A stretch of 64,000 nucleotides of DNA, from the NCBI RefSeq assembly GCF_001194135.2, contig NC_068983.1:35801227-35865226 (forward strand). The letters are read 5' to 3'. Position numbers and translations under genes: made by a program. A model generated the notes under the pieces. The model did no database searches. It saw only the letters and a list, made by a program, of their open reading frames with translations, and was not told where the DNA came from. Positions 25,439 to 38,377 of the stretch are shown here, in pieces; the first letter of the stretch is position 1, and every line of letters starts with the position of its first letter. Origin of the DNA: Octopus bimaculoides. Its lineage: Eukaryota.

Positions 25439-26933
25439 GCAGTATCCATCTACTGATCCACTCACAAGCCACTGGCTGGCCCAAGGCAATAGTAGATAAC
25501 ATTGCACAAGATGCCATGCACTGGACCTAAACTTAAAAACCACATGTTTGCCAAGTGAACTTCATAACCATAAAACCATGTCTAGACCTAGTCATGTGCA
25601 TGTCTGTGCATATGTCATCTATTTATTACTTATACCACCAGCCATCCACAGCTGTTTTGTCCATGTCTTTATCACTCTTGCTCTTATTGCCCACACATCA
25701 CCTTTAATCATGCTTCTCACTCTATAAGAAGGCAAATGAACAAAAGATGTGAGCTTGAGGTCCATTTAGGTGAGACAAAGACATGGCTATCTCTGTAGTG
25801 CTGGAGTTACAGAACAAGCACCCAGTGCACTCTGTTAAGTGGTTGGTGTTAAGAAGGACATCCAGCTGTAGAAGCCAAACCAAAATGAAATATGATAAAG
25901 ATGAGGAACCCTGATGCATCTATGCAAGCAGACTCACTCAACAAGCATGGACAGCAGACGTAAAACAACAATGATGATCATGATGAAATAAATGTGTGTG
26001 TGTGTGTGTGTGTTTGTTTGTTTATAAAACTCGCACTCCGTTGGTTATGATGACAAGGGTTCCAGTTGATCGTATCAATGGAACAGCCTGCTTGTGAAAT
26101 TAATTTGCAAGTGGCTGAGTACTCCACATACACACACACCCTTAACATAGTGCGCAGGGAGATTCAGCACGACACAGAATGAGACAAGGCTGACCCTTTG
26201 AAATATAGATACAATTCATGCCGATTGAGTGGACTAGAGCAACCGGAAATAAAGTATTATGCTTAAGAACACAATATGCTGCTGGTAATCGAACTCACAG
26301 TCTTATGATCATGAGCTGAATACACTAACCACTAAGCCATGTGCTTTCAGTGTAATGGTTATCACATCTGCTTAACGCACAGAAGGTCACTCACTGGAAC
26401 CTATGTTTGTTTACATCTGTGCTTACTTGTACGAAAGTCACAATGTTCAAATGTTGTAACTTCTCCAGTAATAAATCATTTTTTTTATTACATACCTTCA
26501 AAGCCCTTATTTGAACAACAGGTAAGGGTTAGTGTCACAAAGGGCAACTGGCTGTAAAACAATACATTAATAACGTATTTGCCTAACTCATGCTATCTTG
26601 GAAAAAAATGAATGTAAAATAAACAAATGAAAACAAATATATATGTCTTATGCTATAATACAGAACTGTGTATATCTAAAACATGTTGAGATTTTCCAAA
26701 CTATTTTAATGGAGTGCTTCAGATTGAACAAAGATTCAGTGTTGTAGAATAACTGCCAGAATGAAAGGGAGGTTTTAGATTAATAGAATGAACAAGATGC
26801 CATCTATTTCATAGAAGAACTAGTTGTTTAGATCTAGCGAGTTTAGAGATGAAAGAGAGAGATATAGGGTGGATGTATGGTGTTGTGTTGGAAGAAGGGA
26901 GTAAATACAATTGAGAGAGAGAAAGTGAGAAGC

Positions 26934-26973
<40 letters not shown>

Positions 26974-27168
26974 AAGGAGGTGAGTGGAGAGAAGGAAAAA
27001 TTAAAAAAGTAGGGAGAGGTGAGAAAACAAAAGAAATAGAGGTGGGGAAAGAATGAGAGAGAGAGAGATAGACAAAGAAAGAGACAGAGCAAGATGGCAT
27101 CTGGAATAGAGAAACTGAGAGAGGATGCTGGTAGAGAGGAAGGGGAAAAGTATATGTATGCGTGTGTG

Positions 27169-27210
<42 letters not shown>

Positions 27211-27859
27211 ATCATGTAAAAAGCACTAAGTCCACTCTGCTGGGTGGTTGGTGGTAAGACGGACATCCAGCTGTAAAAATCCTGCCAAAACAGTCACAGA
27301 AGTCTGGTGCAGGCTTCTGCCTGGTTGGCTCCTGTGAAACCGTCCCACCCATGCCAGCACGGAAGGCAGACGTTAAACGATGATGAGAGAGAGAGAGAGA
27401 GAGAGAGAATAGAAATCGTTGTCAGCCTGATTCATCAGACTTTAATCAAAGACAATCCTATCTTGACCATTCTCATTTTTATACATCAAGAACTACATTG
27501 TCTAATGTAAGTGGTGGGGTACAAATAATGATGGGGATTTGACCACTAGTGATCACACAGATGCTTCCAAGAATCATGATACAGAAGAAGGTGGAGGTTA
27601 TGGTGTTGGATTGGAAAGGGTTAAATTCCAGAGACAATTTTACCTTGAATGGGAAATGCCTTAGAATAATATTTGAAGTTTTAAGAAAAAAATTAAAAAC
27701 ATTTTAATAAACTAGGTGCTTTCTAAAATAAAATAAGTTTTTTAAATGTACCATATTCAATGACAAAAACCTAAGAACATATTAGACACAACCCAATTTC
27801 AGCAACACATATTCAAGTAAAAAAAGAGAAGTCTTTAGTGCATTAAAACATGTAATAAC

Positions 27860-28060
27860 AGGAGCATTCAGAGAACGCAAACCTCCACCAAGGCACCATC
27901 AACATCCTCTCAACAATTAGCCGGAGATGATTTTTAAAATGAGAATATCTGAAATAAACTTGACTGCTCTCACAAACGAGAATACTAAAAATGAACCCAA
28001 AAATTAAGTAAAAACAAAACAGAAAAATAATCCGGAATCCTTGTTTTTAGCAGGATTTGA
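27860..28060 (-). mobile_element. HINE-like element 3' part
   Basis: Homologous to 35626-35925; subterminal cctccaccaagg motif. Confidence 0.5.
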
Positions 28061-29544
28061 ACACAAAACATCATCATCATCGTCATTGTTTAACGTCCAC
28101 TTTCCATGCTGGCATGGGTTGGATGGTTTGACTGAGGATTGGTGAGCCAGAAGGTTGCACCAGGTTCCAATCTGATCTGGTAAAGTTTCTACAGCTGGAT
28201 GCACTCCGAGAGTGTAGTGGGTGCTTTTATGCGCCACTGGCACGAGAGCCAGTCAGGCGGTTCTGGCAACAACTACGCTCAAAAGGTGTTTTTTACGTAC
28301 TACCTGCATGGGAGCCAGTCCAGTGTTACTGGCAACGACCACGCTCTAATGTTGTTTTTCATGTGCCGGTAAGGCAACACTGGCAACGATCACACTCGAA
28401 TGGTGCTTTTTACATGCCACCAGCATGGGAGCCAATTCGTGGCCCTGGCAACGATCACACTCAGATGTGCTTTTAACATTCCACTGGCACAAGTGCCAAT
28501 CAGGCGGTAACTGTCATCAGCCCAACACTCTACAAAATAATGTAGATTTCACTACCCTAATAATACTGATTTCAAATTTTGGAGCTAGGCCAGAAATACC
28601 AGGAGAGGGGAGTAAGTTGATTACACCACCCCCATGTTCAACTGGTACTTATTTTATTGACCCCCAAAAGGATGAAAGGCAAAGTCAACCCCAGTGGAAT
28701 TTGAACTCAGAATGCAAAGATAGATGAAATGCTGCTAAGCATTTTATCCAGCACTCTCCAAATAATATTAATCATATTTCTGTCCTTTATATTAATAGCA
28801 AAAAAAATATCTTGCACAAAGGAAAATATAAGATGCAGTGAAGTGGCAGTATGGAAGACTGTAGATGTTTCAGAACAAAGTCAACAGGAAAAGATGTTAT
28901 GGAAGTGGTATTGATGACCTTGGTAAAGTCTCTTAGTAATGACAGCAGGAATAATGAAAAGACAGAGATTGTGGTTTTGTTTTTTTTGTTTTTTTGTGTA
29001 TGAAAGCCAATCACCGATTTTTCATAATAGTTGAAAGATTCCTCACAACTTGGAATAATTGATGTTGATGTTGTTTTGTTTCTGCTACTCATTTGCTTTC
29101 TATTCTTGCATTCTATTATTTGACATGAAAGAAAGAAAGAAATGGAAAGGAAAGACAGGAACAAACAAACAAAACCAACAAGCAACTACAAGCTTCGCTT
29201 CCGTACAAACTTATAATGACAAAGAGTCATTTCTGTTTAGGGGCTTATAAATTGCATTCATTAATTCTGAACATGTTTATATTTACTATTGTGTTGGTAT
29301 GAAACACCAACAGAGGAGAAAATATGTAAGGCATTAGGGCATTGGCATGGCTGTGTAGTTAAGAAGTCAACTTCACAAGCACATGTATCCCGGTTCAATC
29401 CCACAGGATAACACATATGGTCAAATATTTTCTGCTATAACAGCAAAATGACCAATGCTTTGTGAGTGAAATTTAGTATGACATAACCTGTGTAGAAATC
29501 TGCTACAATGATTGTGTGTGTGTGTTTGTGTGCATGCGTGTGTA

Positions 29545-29589
<45 letters not shown>

Positions 29590-30788
29590 GATGCATAAAC
29601 AATTATAGATATAAGGAATTCATTTATATAGGCTACATATATTTATAGGATGTAAAAATATATTTTTACAGCTGTTTCAAATACTCAGTGAATGATCGGT
29701 ATCATATTATGCATATTATGCAAACAGGTGGACATAGTGAGGCAACATTACTCAGAAACATATAAGAAAAAATATTAGCAACTCACATGAGACTTGATAC
29801 ATGAGTACCCTCTACATTACAAACCCCAAACATTCTCTTCAGAAGGAAGACTTGTCAAATATATGTAACATTTCATACAGATAAATTCCTTGCATTTATA
29901 ATTGTTTATCTTTTACTTGTTTTATGCCTTGTAGGGTTTTAGCCAAATATATCAACCAAAGGACTTCTTTTCTTTTTCTTTTTTTTAAGCCTGATACTTA
30001 TTCTATTGGTCTCTTTTGCTGAACTGCTAAGTTATGGGGATGTAAACACAGCAACACCATCATCAAGCAATGGTGAGGGACACACACACACATATTTGAC
30101 AAGCTTCTTTCAGTTTCCATCAACCAAATCCACTTAGAAGGCTTTGGTCAACCCGAGGCTACAGCAGAAGATACTTGCAAAAGGTTCCACACAGTAGGAC
30201 TGAACCTGGAACCATGTGGTCAGGAAGCAAACTTCTTACCACAGAGCCATTTTCCCTCATTAATATCCACTTGTACTTTATCTTTCTTCCAACCAACTCT
30301 TCTAATCTTGGACTAATTTACTCTGATTAAGAAGTAGATTAATGAGTCGGATTAAGAAGTTAGAGTTTAAGAATTTGATCAGTCTGAGCACTAATTTGGT
30401 GACTAAATATTTTCAATGCTTGTATTATCAGCTTTTTACCCACAATGTTATATGGTGGGAAATGGTATGAACTGTTTCCTGTAATTACATCATAATGATG
30501 CAAAACATTCATCAGGCATGCAAACATCCTACATTTGTTTTTTGGGGGGGTTTTTTGTATGCCTGATGAGTAAGGGACATCATTATGAAGTAATTATACA
30601 AACAATTTGCAGTATTTCCTGTTAGACTGTATCATGTTATTTTAAGTTCCACTAAACTGGTGTTGAGTGCTATTGTCTCTTATGTATGACACACACACAC
30701 ACAAGGAAAAGGTTGACAGTAACTTTGAAGTTTCAGCTCACCTGAAATCATCAGAACTTACGTAATAAAAAGAAACATTTATATCACA

Positions 30789-30835
<47 letters not shown>

Positions 30836-30929
30836 ATATATATATGTATATACATACATGATGATATATATATGTATATACATACATACATACATACATA
30901 CGTGTGCGTGTATACACACACACACACCT

Positions 30930-31140
30930 ACCTATCTAGTTATCCAAACTTACAGACAGACATCTGTATATCTGTCAAACACACACCTGTTGCCCGTCAG
31001 ACAGACAGACTGGTAAATAGGAAGGCAGATATACAGACAGATACTTAGGTAGGTAGACAAGCAGATAGACAGTTAGATATACAGGTAGAGATAAGTAGAT
31101 AGGCGGGTAAACAGACAAATGAACAGATAGACAGGTAAAT
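30930..31140. repeat. Degenerate (GACA/GATA/GGTA)n array after (TA)n and (TACA)n tracts
   Basis: Directly visible. Confidence 0.8.
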
Positions 31141-34100
31141 AGAAACAATTTTCTTGTATCTCTCTTTTTTTTTCTATTATAAGTTATTGGATTTTTGCAA
31201 AAACTATGTTAAATGTCTGTATTGATTATTTCTATTTCATTTTTCATAACCAGCAGCATCCATCAATGAGTGATTAGTAAACACTATCCACTCCAGTGGA
31301 GGCAACAATGATATGTTGTGACTGTCATGCATTTTCAAAGGGAAATGAAATAATTCTAGACATGAGAAAAGAGAACTAAGTTGTTTACTCAACCAGCTGA
31401 GAATAAATCACCATTCTACATCACAGAGAATCTACTTGGTCATTCCAACTTGTTAGAAATTGTGGTCAAATCTCCTTCAAAACACACCCCACCAACTAAA
31501 GAAAAAAAGCAACATTAAATCATAAAGTCCTTAATAGCTCCAAAAAGACAAGATAGTCATGGTTGGAATGTCATTGAAGGGAAGTCTGATCAATCAGGGT
31601 CACCCCAATGTTCAACAACAGCATATATACAAGTAAACGAAAGAAATAATAGAAATTAAAGTTGTGGCATTCATTCAACAATGAATATGAAAACATACAG
31701 CAGTCCATAATGGTTGCCATATATATATAGATATATTTATATATGTATGTTTGTATTTATTTTAAAAAGATAAATAAATAAAAAGGAATATTTTTTCTTT
31801 ATTATCTTTAATTGTAGACTTAGTGAGATTTGGTGCAATATGCAAATTAGATTTAACAGGTAGAATTTTTAATGAGTTATTTGGACAGCAGAGAACTAAG
31901 AATTGTAATGTCACAAATCAAGTTGATTCTTGTAACAGGAATGAAACTAACAGAATGATAATTACCAAGCTGGCACCACATAAAAAGCACCCACTCCAGC
32001 TCCATGTAGAAAGCACCTGTGCCAGTGCGACATAAAAAAGCACATACAAGAGGCTTCTTTCAGTTTCTATTTACCAAATCCACTCACAAGATTTTGGTCT
32101 GCCCAAGGCTAAATCAGAAAAAATTTTCCTAAGGTGTCACGCAGTGGGACTGAACCCAGAACCTATGTGTTTGAGAAACAAACTTCTTATTTATAAAAAA
32201 ACAAAAGTTCCCTAACCAGATAGTGCATCATGCCCTTGAGCAAAGCACTGCATTTCCACTTTGCTCAGCAATCACTGACATTTGATACATGGCACATTGT
32301 GCAGCTTGTTCAACTAAATTTCTTCAAGGTGGTGCCCCAGCATAACCACAGTCTAATGACTGAAACAAGTAAAAGGTAAAAGATAACCTTATAAGCAACA
32401 CACGTGAAGTTAATGAGCTGATTATTATTTTTTTTTTTTTACATGTATTGGAATTACTGCAATGGAGACCAAAGAGAGAAAGTAATTCTCCTGAATAAAA
32501 ACTAAACTTAAATACGGAGTGATAAGAATATGTGCTAATTAAAGCCTAAGGTGTTTTTTTTCTTCTTTTTTTTTTGGTTTGTTTTTCTTTTAATTACAAG
32601 AGCAATAAACTCAAATGTTACTATAAATATTTTTTTGTACCTCTTGGCAAGGTACATAACTTTGCTTGCCTCAGTCTGTCAAGCTGCCAAATGAGATTTC
32701 ACTACCTTTATGGATGAGTGGCTAGCAGCAGGTAGAGGTTCTGTTTATAAAAACAACTCCAATATCCAGATTCGCCTAAACCAGTCTACTAACCTATCTA
32801 TTTACCTGTATCCGGGTTTGTCTTGTATGCTTGGCTACGTTTGCTAGTTGAAATGACGTCTCAAACAGCTACAATATCTATGCTGATTGAAGCCATATTC
32901 AACCAGCATACTGGAGAGAGATTGATATTTTGGACCAGTCATCAGTATGCAACCCATTGCTCTGTCACTAGTTTTGAAGCACTGGAAATGCTTATTGCTC
33001 TGTCACCAGTTGTGAAGAACAGTGGCAAACACAGAATCAGATTAACAGCAGCATGGATGAAAACCTCAGACAATACTGACATAGAAAGCCAAACCAATAT
33101 TTTCTAACATGAGTCCAACCCATCTATGATTGTATGTAAAAATGGGTGTCAAAATATAAAAACAATTTTAAAACAATCTTCTTTGAAGAATTTAATGTTA
33201 GCACCCAAATTGGGTCAAGCATCATAGGAACGATGAAATCTCTAAGAGTATGTAGGCTTGTCTTAGACATTGTCTTATATAATTCTATCATTAGCTCCTA
33301 TTAAAGAATGCCTAATTTTCTTCTCTGCTTCTTTTATCAGGGTGGCAAACGTTTTAACAGGTCTTAAATATTTTCTGCCTCCTTACAAAATTAGTTCACT
33401 GAAATTTTGAAAAAGTGAAACATTATATAGGAACACATGTCTTACTGACATAAAAATTACACAGCTTCTATAAATATTCAATACTGAAGTCTTGAGATTC
33501 TCCCATCTTCCTTTACCATCTCGTTGCTTCTCCATAAGAGGTAGAGATAGCAGAAAGAAAAAAAAGACATTTTTTGAATGATAAGAATTTTGACAAACTG
33601 AATATCTAGAATTAAATCTCCAATATATAAATAAATTTTTAAAATTCTATAAGTCATTTAAACAAATTTTTTCTCCCCTATAACAATATAAGGTTCATTT
33701 TCTTTCATGTTGCTGCCATCTTGAATTTTTTTACTAATTTTTATTGCATGAAAATATTTCAAGTGTATAATGATGGAATGTTGATAATGGAAGCAGCACA
33801 ATAAACTCAATCTGTACAAGAGAGCCCTCTTTTCCCCCTACTTTTAACAATTTTATTTTTATTTTATTCCTATATTCTACTTTTTAGAGAGGAAATAAAA
33901 TTATAAACAACTACAACAAAAAAAATATATATTTCATTGAAAAAAAATTATCCCTTCTTGAGTCAAAATTTTTCTCTCTTCCTTCCCAAGAGATATGAAG
34001 AATCTTATTTTCTGCATTCATTTTTATATCAGTCATTAAGATGAAAAAAAATTAAAATGAGGTGAAACTGCTCAGCACAATTAATTTATATAAAGAAATT

Positions 34101-34192
34101 GTAAGGTTGATGAGTCAGAGAGAACTGAACCGACATAAAACTAGATTTCATTTAGAACAATATACAAATCAGATACACACTCACACCAACAC

Positions 34193-34241
<49 letters not shown>

Positions 34242-34281
34242 TGTACACACAATCTCCCTAACACATATACAGAAAGTGGTG

Positions 34282-34349
34282 TGCCATAATGTCTTTTCTT
34301 TAAGTATGCCATAATGTCTTTTCTTTAAGTATGCCATAATGTCTTTTCT
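34282..34349. repeat. 25-bp tandem repeat, 2.7 identical copies (tgccataatgtcttttctttaagta)
   Basis: Directly visible. Confidence 0.95.
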
Positions 34350-35625
34350 CAACGAGTGATTTAAATGAGACAGAACTGAATGAATGTAAGAGAGATGAAT
34401 AAATACATCACCTTTAATTAATAGGGTCTTGATGTAGGGGCTTGTTCTTTGCATTTCCTAATCTTTTTCTTTGATTATTGTTGTTCAAACTGAACAAACG
34501 ACATATCATTAAACTTTTTAAATGAATGATATGGAAATAAACACATTTCAAACAGCCATAATCAAACACACACATACACACATACCTCCATGCATGCACA
34601 TATATACACCCCAAGGGTGAGAAGATATTATTTGTGTCATCAAAAATAGGATGTTATTGGTGCATAGGCTTTTAGGTATTCTAAACAAGGAATCCTAGGT
34701 AACAGACAGGGCCACAATTTAGGGTATGGGGAATATAGCTGATTTAACAGCCACTTTCTTTTTCATGCCCGAAAGGATGAAGGGCAATAAGATGGTAACA
34801 AAATAATGAGTAAATGGCCAAAACAAATTAAAACAATGTACATATACATCAGAATGTGCATGTGTAATTATAGGAATTGATTTTAGTCGCAGACATGGCT
34901 GCTTAGTTAAGAAACCTGCTTCGCAACCACGTGGTTGCATGGCATCTTGATCTATTATATAGTCTTCTATAATAACCTTGAAGTGACAAATGTATAGTGA
35001 GTGAAATTTGGTCGGCAAAAATTGTATTGAAGCCTATCATATATGCACATTTGTGTATGCATGTGTGCCTATTTATATAGATACAGGGTGGGAACATGGC
35101 CTAGAGGTTAGATTGTTGCACTTGCGATCATCAAGGGTTTTCGTATATATATAAAGAGAGAGAAAGAGGTAGTTGAGCTCCCATGTTAAAACAGATATAG
35201 GGGCTTTGAGCAGTCCTCTGGTTCATTGGATCCTGTCAGATCATCCAACCCAAGCTAGCATGGAAGAAGACAGATGTTAAGTGATGATGATTTCAATGCC
35301 ATCGTGGAAAAAAATAATAAGTTTATTTATTTTGAAGGAGGGGGAGGGGGTCCACTTCCCCCCACACACACACAGAAACAACAGCAGGCAAGTAATAATA
35401 AAAAAAAGAAAAAAAATCTGTATAGGTCAGAGAAGAGCTTCAAATGACAGAGATAATGGTAAACTTCAACAAGAATAACTATCATTGCTTCTGTATTGCA
35501 GTAACAACAGATAAATAACAAACAATCACAGCAACCCTAGAATCATAGCAGCAATCATAGAGTGAGTAGTTCTAGAAGTAAGAGTATTAGCTGTGGAATA
35601 ATGTTAGTAATAGAAGTTATAATGA

Positions 35626-35925
35626 CAAGAGCACTCAGAGAGCACAAACCTCCACTAAAGGCAACACCAGTGTCCTCTCAATGATTAGCTGGAGATGATT
35701 TTTAAAATGAGAATATCTGAAATAAACTCAACTGCTCTCACAAACGAGAATACTAAAAATGAACCCGACCACTCTCAAAAATTAAATTAAAGAAACGGAA
35801 AAATAATCCAGAATCCTTGTCCAGTACCAGATTGATCCCAAAATCTAATCAGTTCATGCCAGTCATGAGGCCAAACATCTCTGAAAGTTCAATCTGAATC
35901 CACCCAGTGATTCTCAAGGCAGAGG
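35626..35925 (-). mobile_element. HINE-like element 3' part
   Basis: acaagagcactcagagagcacaaacctccac is the inverse of the gaggtctgtgctctctgagtgc terminus at about 5540-5572. Confidence 0.5.
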
Positions 35926-36686
35926 TAATAATAATAGTAATGCTAGTTTTAATGGTATAGTTGTTCTAATAATAGTAGTAGTAGTAGTTGTTGTTGTTGT
36001 AGTAGCAACAGCAGCAATAACTAATTGCATTCAATTTCATGGTTACATCATCAAAACCATCAACAATTTATAGGTTTGGTAATAATCTCTTAGAACATTT
36101 ATTTCTTATCATTCTAAAGCAGCCTTAGGGAGTGAACACTTCATATAGCACAGCAATGAAGGCGGGAAGAGACGATAGCAGTTAAGGAGAACGGCAACTT
36201 GTTGCTGCCAGCAACTTTGATAAATAATTGACGACTTGGTTGGTTTATACCTGGATGTAGAATCACAGCTGAGAAAATAAAACAAAACCAAATCACATAG
36301 TTGTCGCGGTGGAAGTGGTTGTTGTAGTTTATCCTCAAGTCAACTTTGCTCTGATCAAGCAAATTCGTGATCAAAGACAGTCCAGCTGTTACCATTTTGC
36401 CCCTCCTCACCATCTACATTTTTTTTTTTTCTGGCAGAACTACGTTATACATTGTAAGCTTTTTACTGAATTTTTTTTTTACTATATGGTGTGTCTAATA
36501 TTAAGTGTGACTGTTATTTCTAGTAAGTTAAGTTACCACACAGAGGATCTTTCTTTGATTCCTATGTTCATGATTAATATGGCAGTCTCAGTGTGTCTTT
36601 GTCTTGCATTTAAGATCACACACACATACACACTTATTCTCTCTCCCTCTCTCACATGCACATATATATACAAATATACACATTCG

Positions 36687-36756
<70 letters not shown>

Positions 36757-37338
36757 CTCTCACACGCACAAACTATATAGCTTTAACTATCATTTAAAAG
36801 AATGCCTGGAGGGAATTAACAGATGGCATTACCAGAAATAGGGCATACATACACACACACAAAATGTAATTCAAAGAACCAGTCTTCAGAGACATGGCGG
36901 TCACTAATTACAAAATATAATTACTATTTTCAGGTGTGTTGAGGAAGAAAAAGAGAGAAGAAAACAAATGAAGGGTGGGAGAAGGAGAGAGAAAGAGGGA
37001 GAAAGAGAGAGAAAGTAGGTGAAACAACGAGAGGGAAGATATATGTTAAATGGAAAGTAAAATAAACATCACAAACTACATTATAAATGTAACAAAAAAA
37101 AAAAAAACTTTTTTACTTCCATCAACAGGTATGCATCTTACCTACACACATTTCTCTCTTTCTCTCTCTCTGTATATACAAGGCCTGAAATTTTGGGGGA
37201 GAGGGCCAGTTGATTAGATCAACCCCAGTATACAACTGGTGCTTAATTTATTGACCCCAAAAGGATGAAAGGCAAAGTCGACCTTGGTGGAACTCAAAAC
37301 AATAATATTGTTGTATCTCAGGATTGTCTTTTCTTCTT

Positions 37339-37479
37339 TTTTTATTCTAACTCATGTCCATTGTCTGGAAATCTTTCGTCACACATCTGTGACCTCCTCA
37401 GCAACACTTTCTATCTTCATGTGCACTCTGGCTCTGCTTATTCCATTTTCTGGACAATGGGCATGAGTTAGAATAAAAA
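37339..37479. repeat. 33-bp inverted repeat with 75-nt spacer
   Basis: Arms 37339-37371 and 37447-37479; 3 differences, all G-U wobbles on the plus strand. Confidence 0.95.
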
Positions 37480-37528
37480 CAGTAATAAACAAAGTGAAGA
37501 ACAAATATATAGTGCATGTATTTATTTG

Positions 37529-37530
<2 letters not shown>

Positions 37531-37566
<36 letters not shown>
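37531..37566 (+). repeat. Perfect A36 run
   Basis: Directly visible; AATAAA at 37472 and 37484. Confidence 0.95.
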
Positions 37567-37568
<2 letters not shown>

Positions 37569-37707
37569 ACTATCCCAAAATACAATATCTGTTTCAACAT
37601 ATGACTTCACATCAGGAATCTGGCAACACAGATTCATAAACATAATAATAATAATCTTTTATGTGATATGTAAACAAACACAAGCTTGTTTTTGAAGTGT
37701 TGAAATG

Positions 37708-37949
37708 TATTGTAGAACAAGTAGAAAGATAAATTTTTTTTCAACACATAAATACTGAACAGTATATACAAAGAATAAAATCCTTTTAAGAGCAGAAAAA
37801 TTTGCGGCCATCTGGTACTTAGTTCATCGACCCCAAAAAGGATGAAAGGCGAAGTCGACCTCTGCTCTTAAAAGGATTTTATCCTTTATCTATACTGTTC
37901 AGTATTTACGTATTGAAAGAAAATTTATCTTTCTACTTGTTCTACAATA
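37708..37949. repeat. 89-bp inverted repeat (6 mismatches) enclosing a 64-nt loop that is largely a family C SINE fragment
   Basis: Arms 37708-37796 and 37861-37949 aligned by hand. Confidence 0.95.
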
Positions 37950-38168
37950 ATCTTTTCTATCATAAGTACAAGGTCTGAAATTTTGTGGAAGGGAGCTAGT
38001 TGATTGCATCAACCCCAATGCTCAGCTGGTACTTATTTCATTGACTCTGAAAGAATAAAAGGCAAAGCCAACCAGAGCTGAATTTGAACTCAGAACATGA
38101 AGATAAGATGAAATGCAGCCAAGCATTTTGTTCAGTGTCCTAACAATTCTGCCAGCTTGACATCTTAC

Positions 38169-38377
38169 CCCCTTAGCCATTTAAATCGGCTACATCCAGC
38201 CCAAATATTCTACATGTTTAAAGTTCAAACCAGCCAGATCAGGCCCCCTCACACCTACCCTACAATGTCATTCTAAAAATAAACAATCACATCATCAAAA
38301 TCCAGAAGCTTCGAGATAATACATCATTGATCCAAAACCAGCATTACATTAGACTGAGTAATCTTAATGCTAAAGGG
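38169..38377. mobile_element. Second piggyBac-like MITE family (about 210 bp)
   Basis: Degenerate TIRs cccttagccattt and aatgctaaaggg; TTAA sites decayed. Confidence 0.5.

Noticed and set aside
32823-33107. 94-aa ORF with an internal ~37-bp duplication
   Set aside because: No splice signals or recognisable motif; likely chance.
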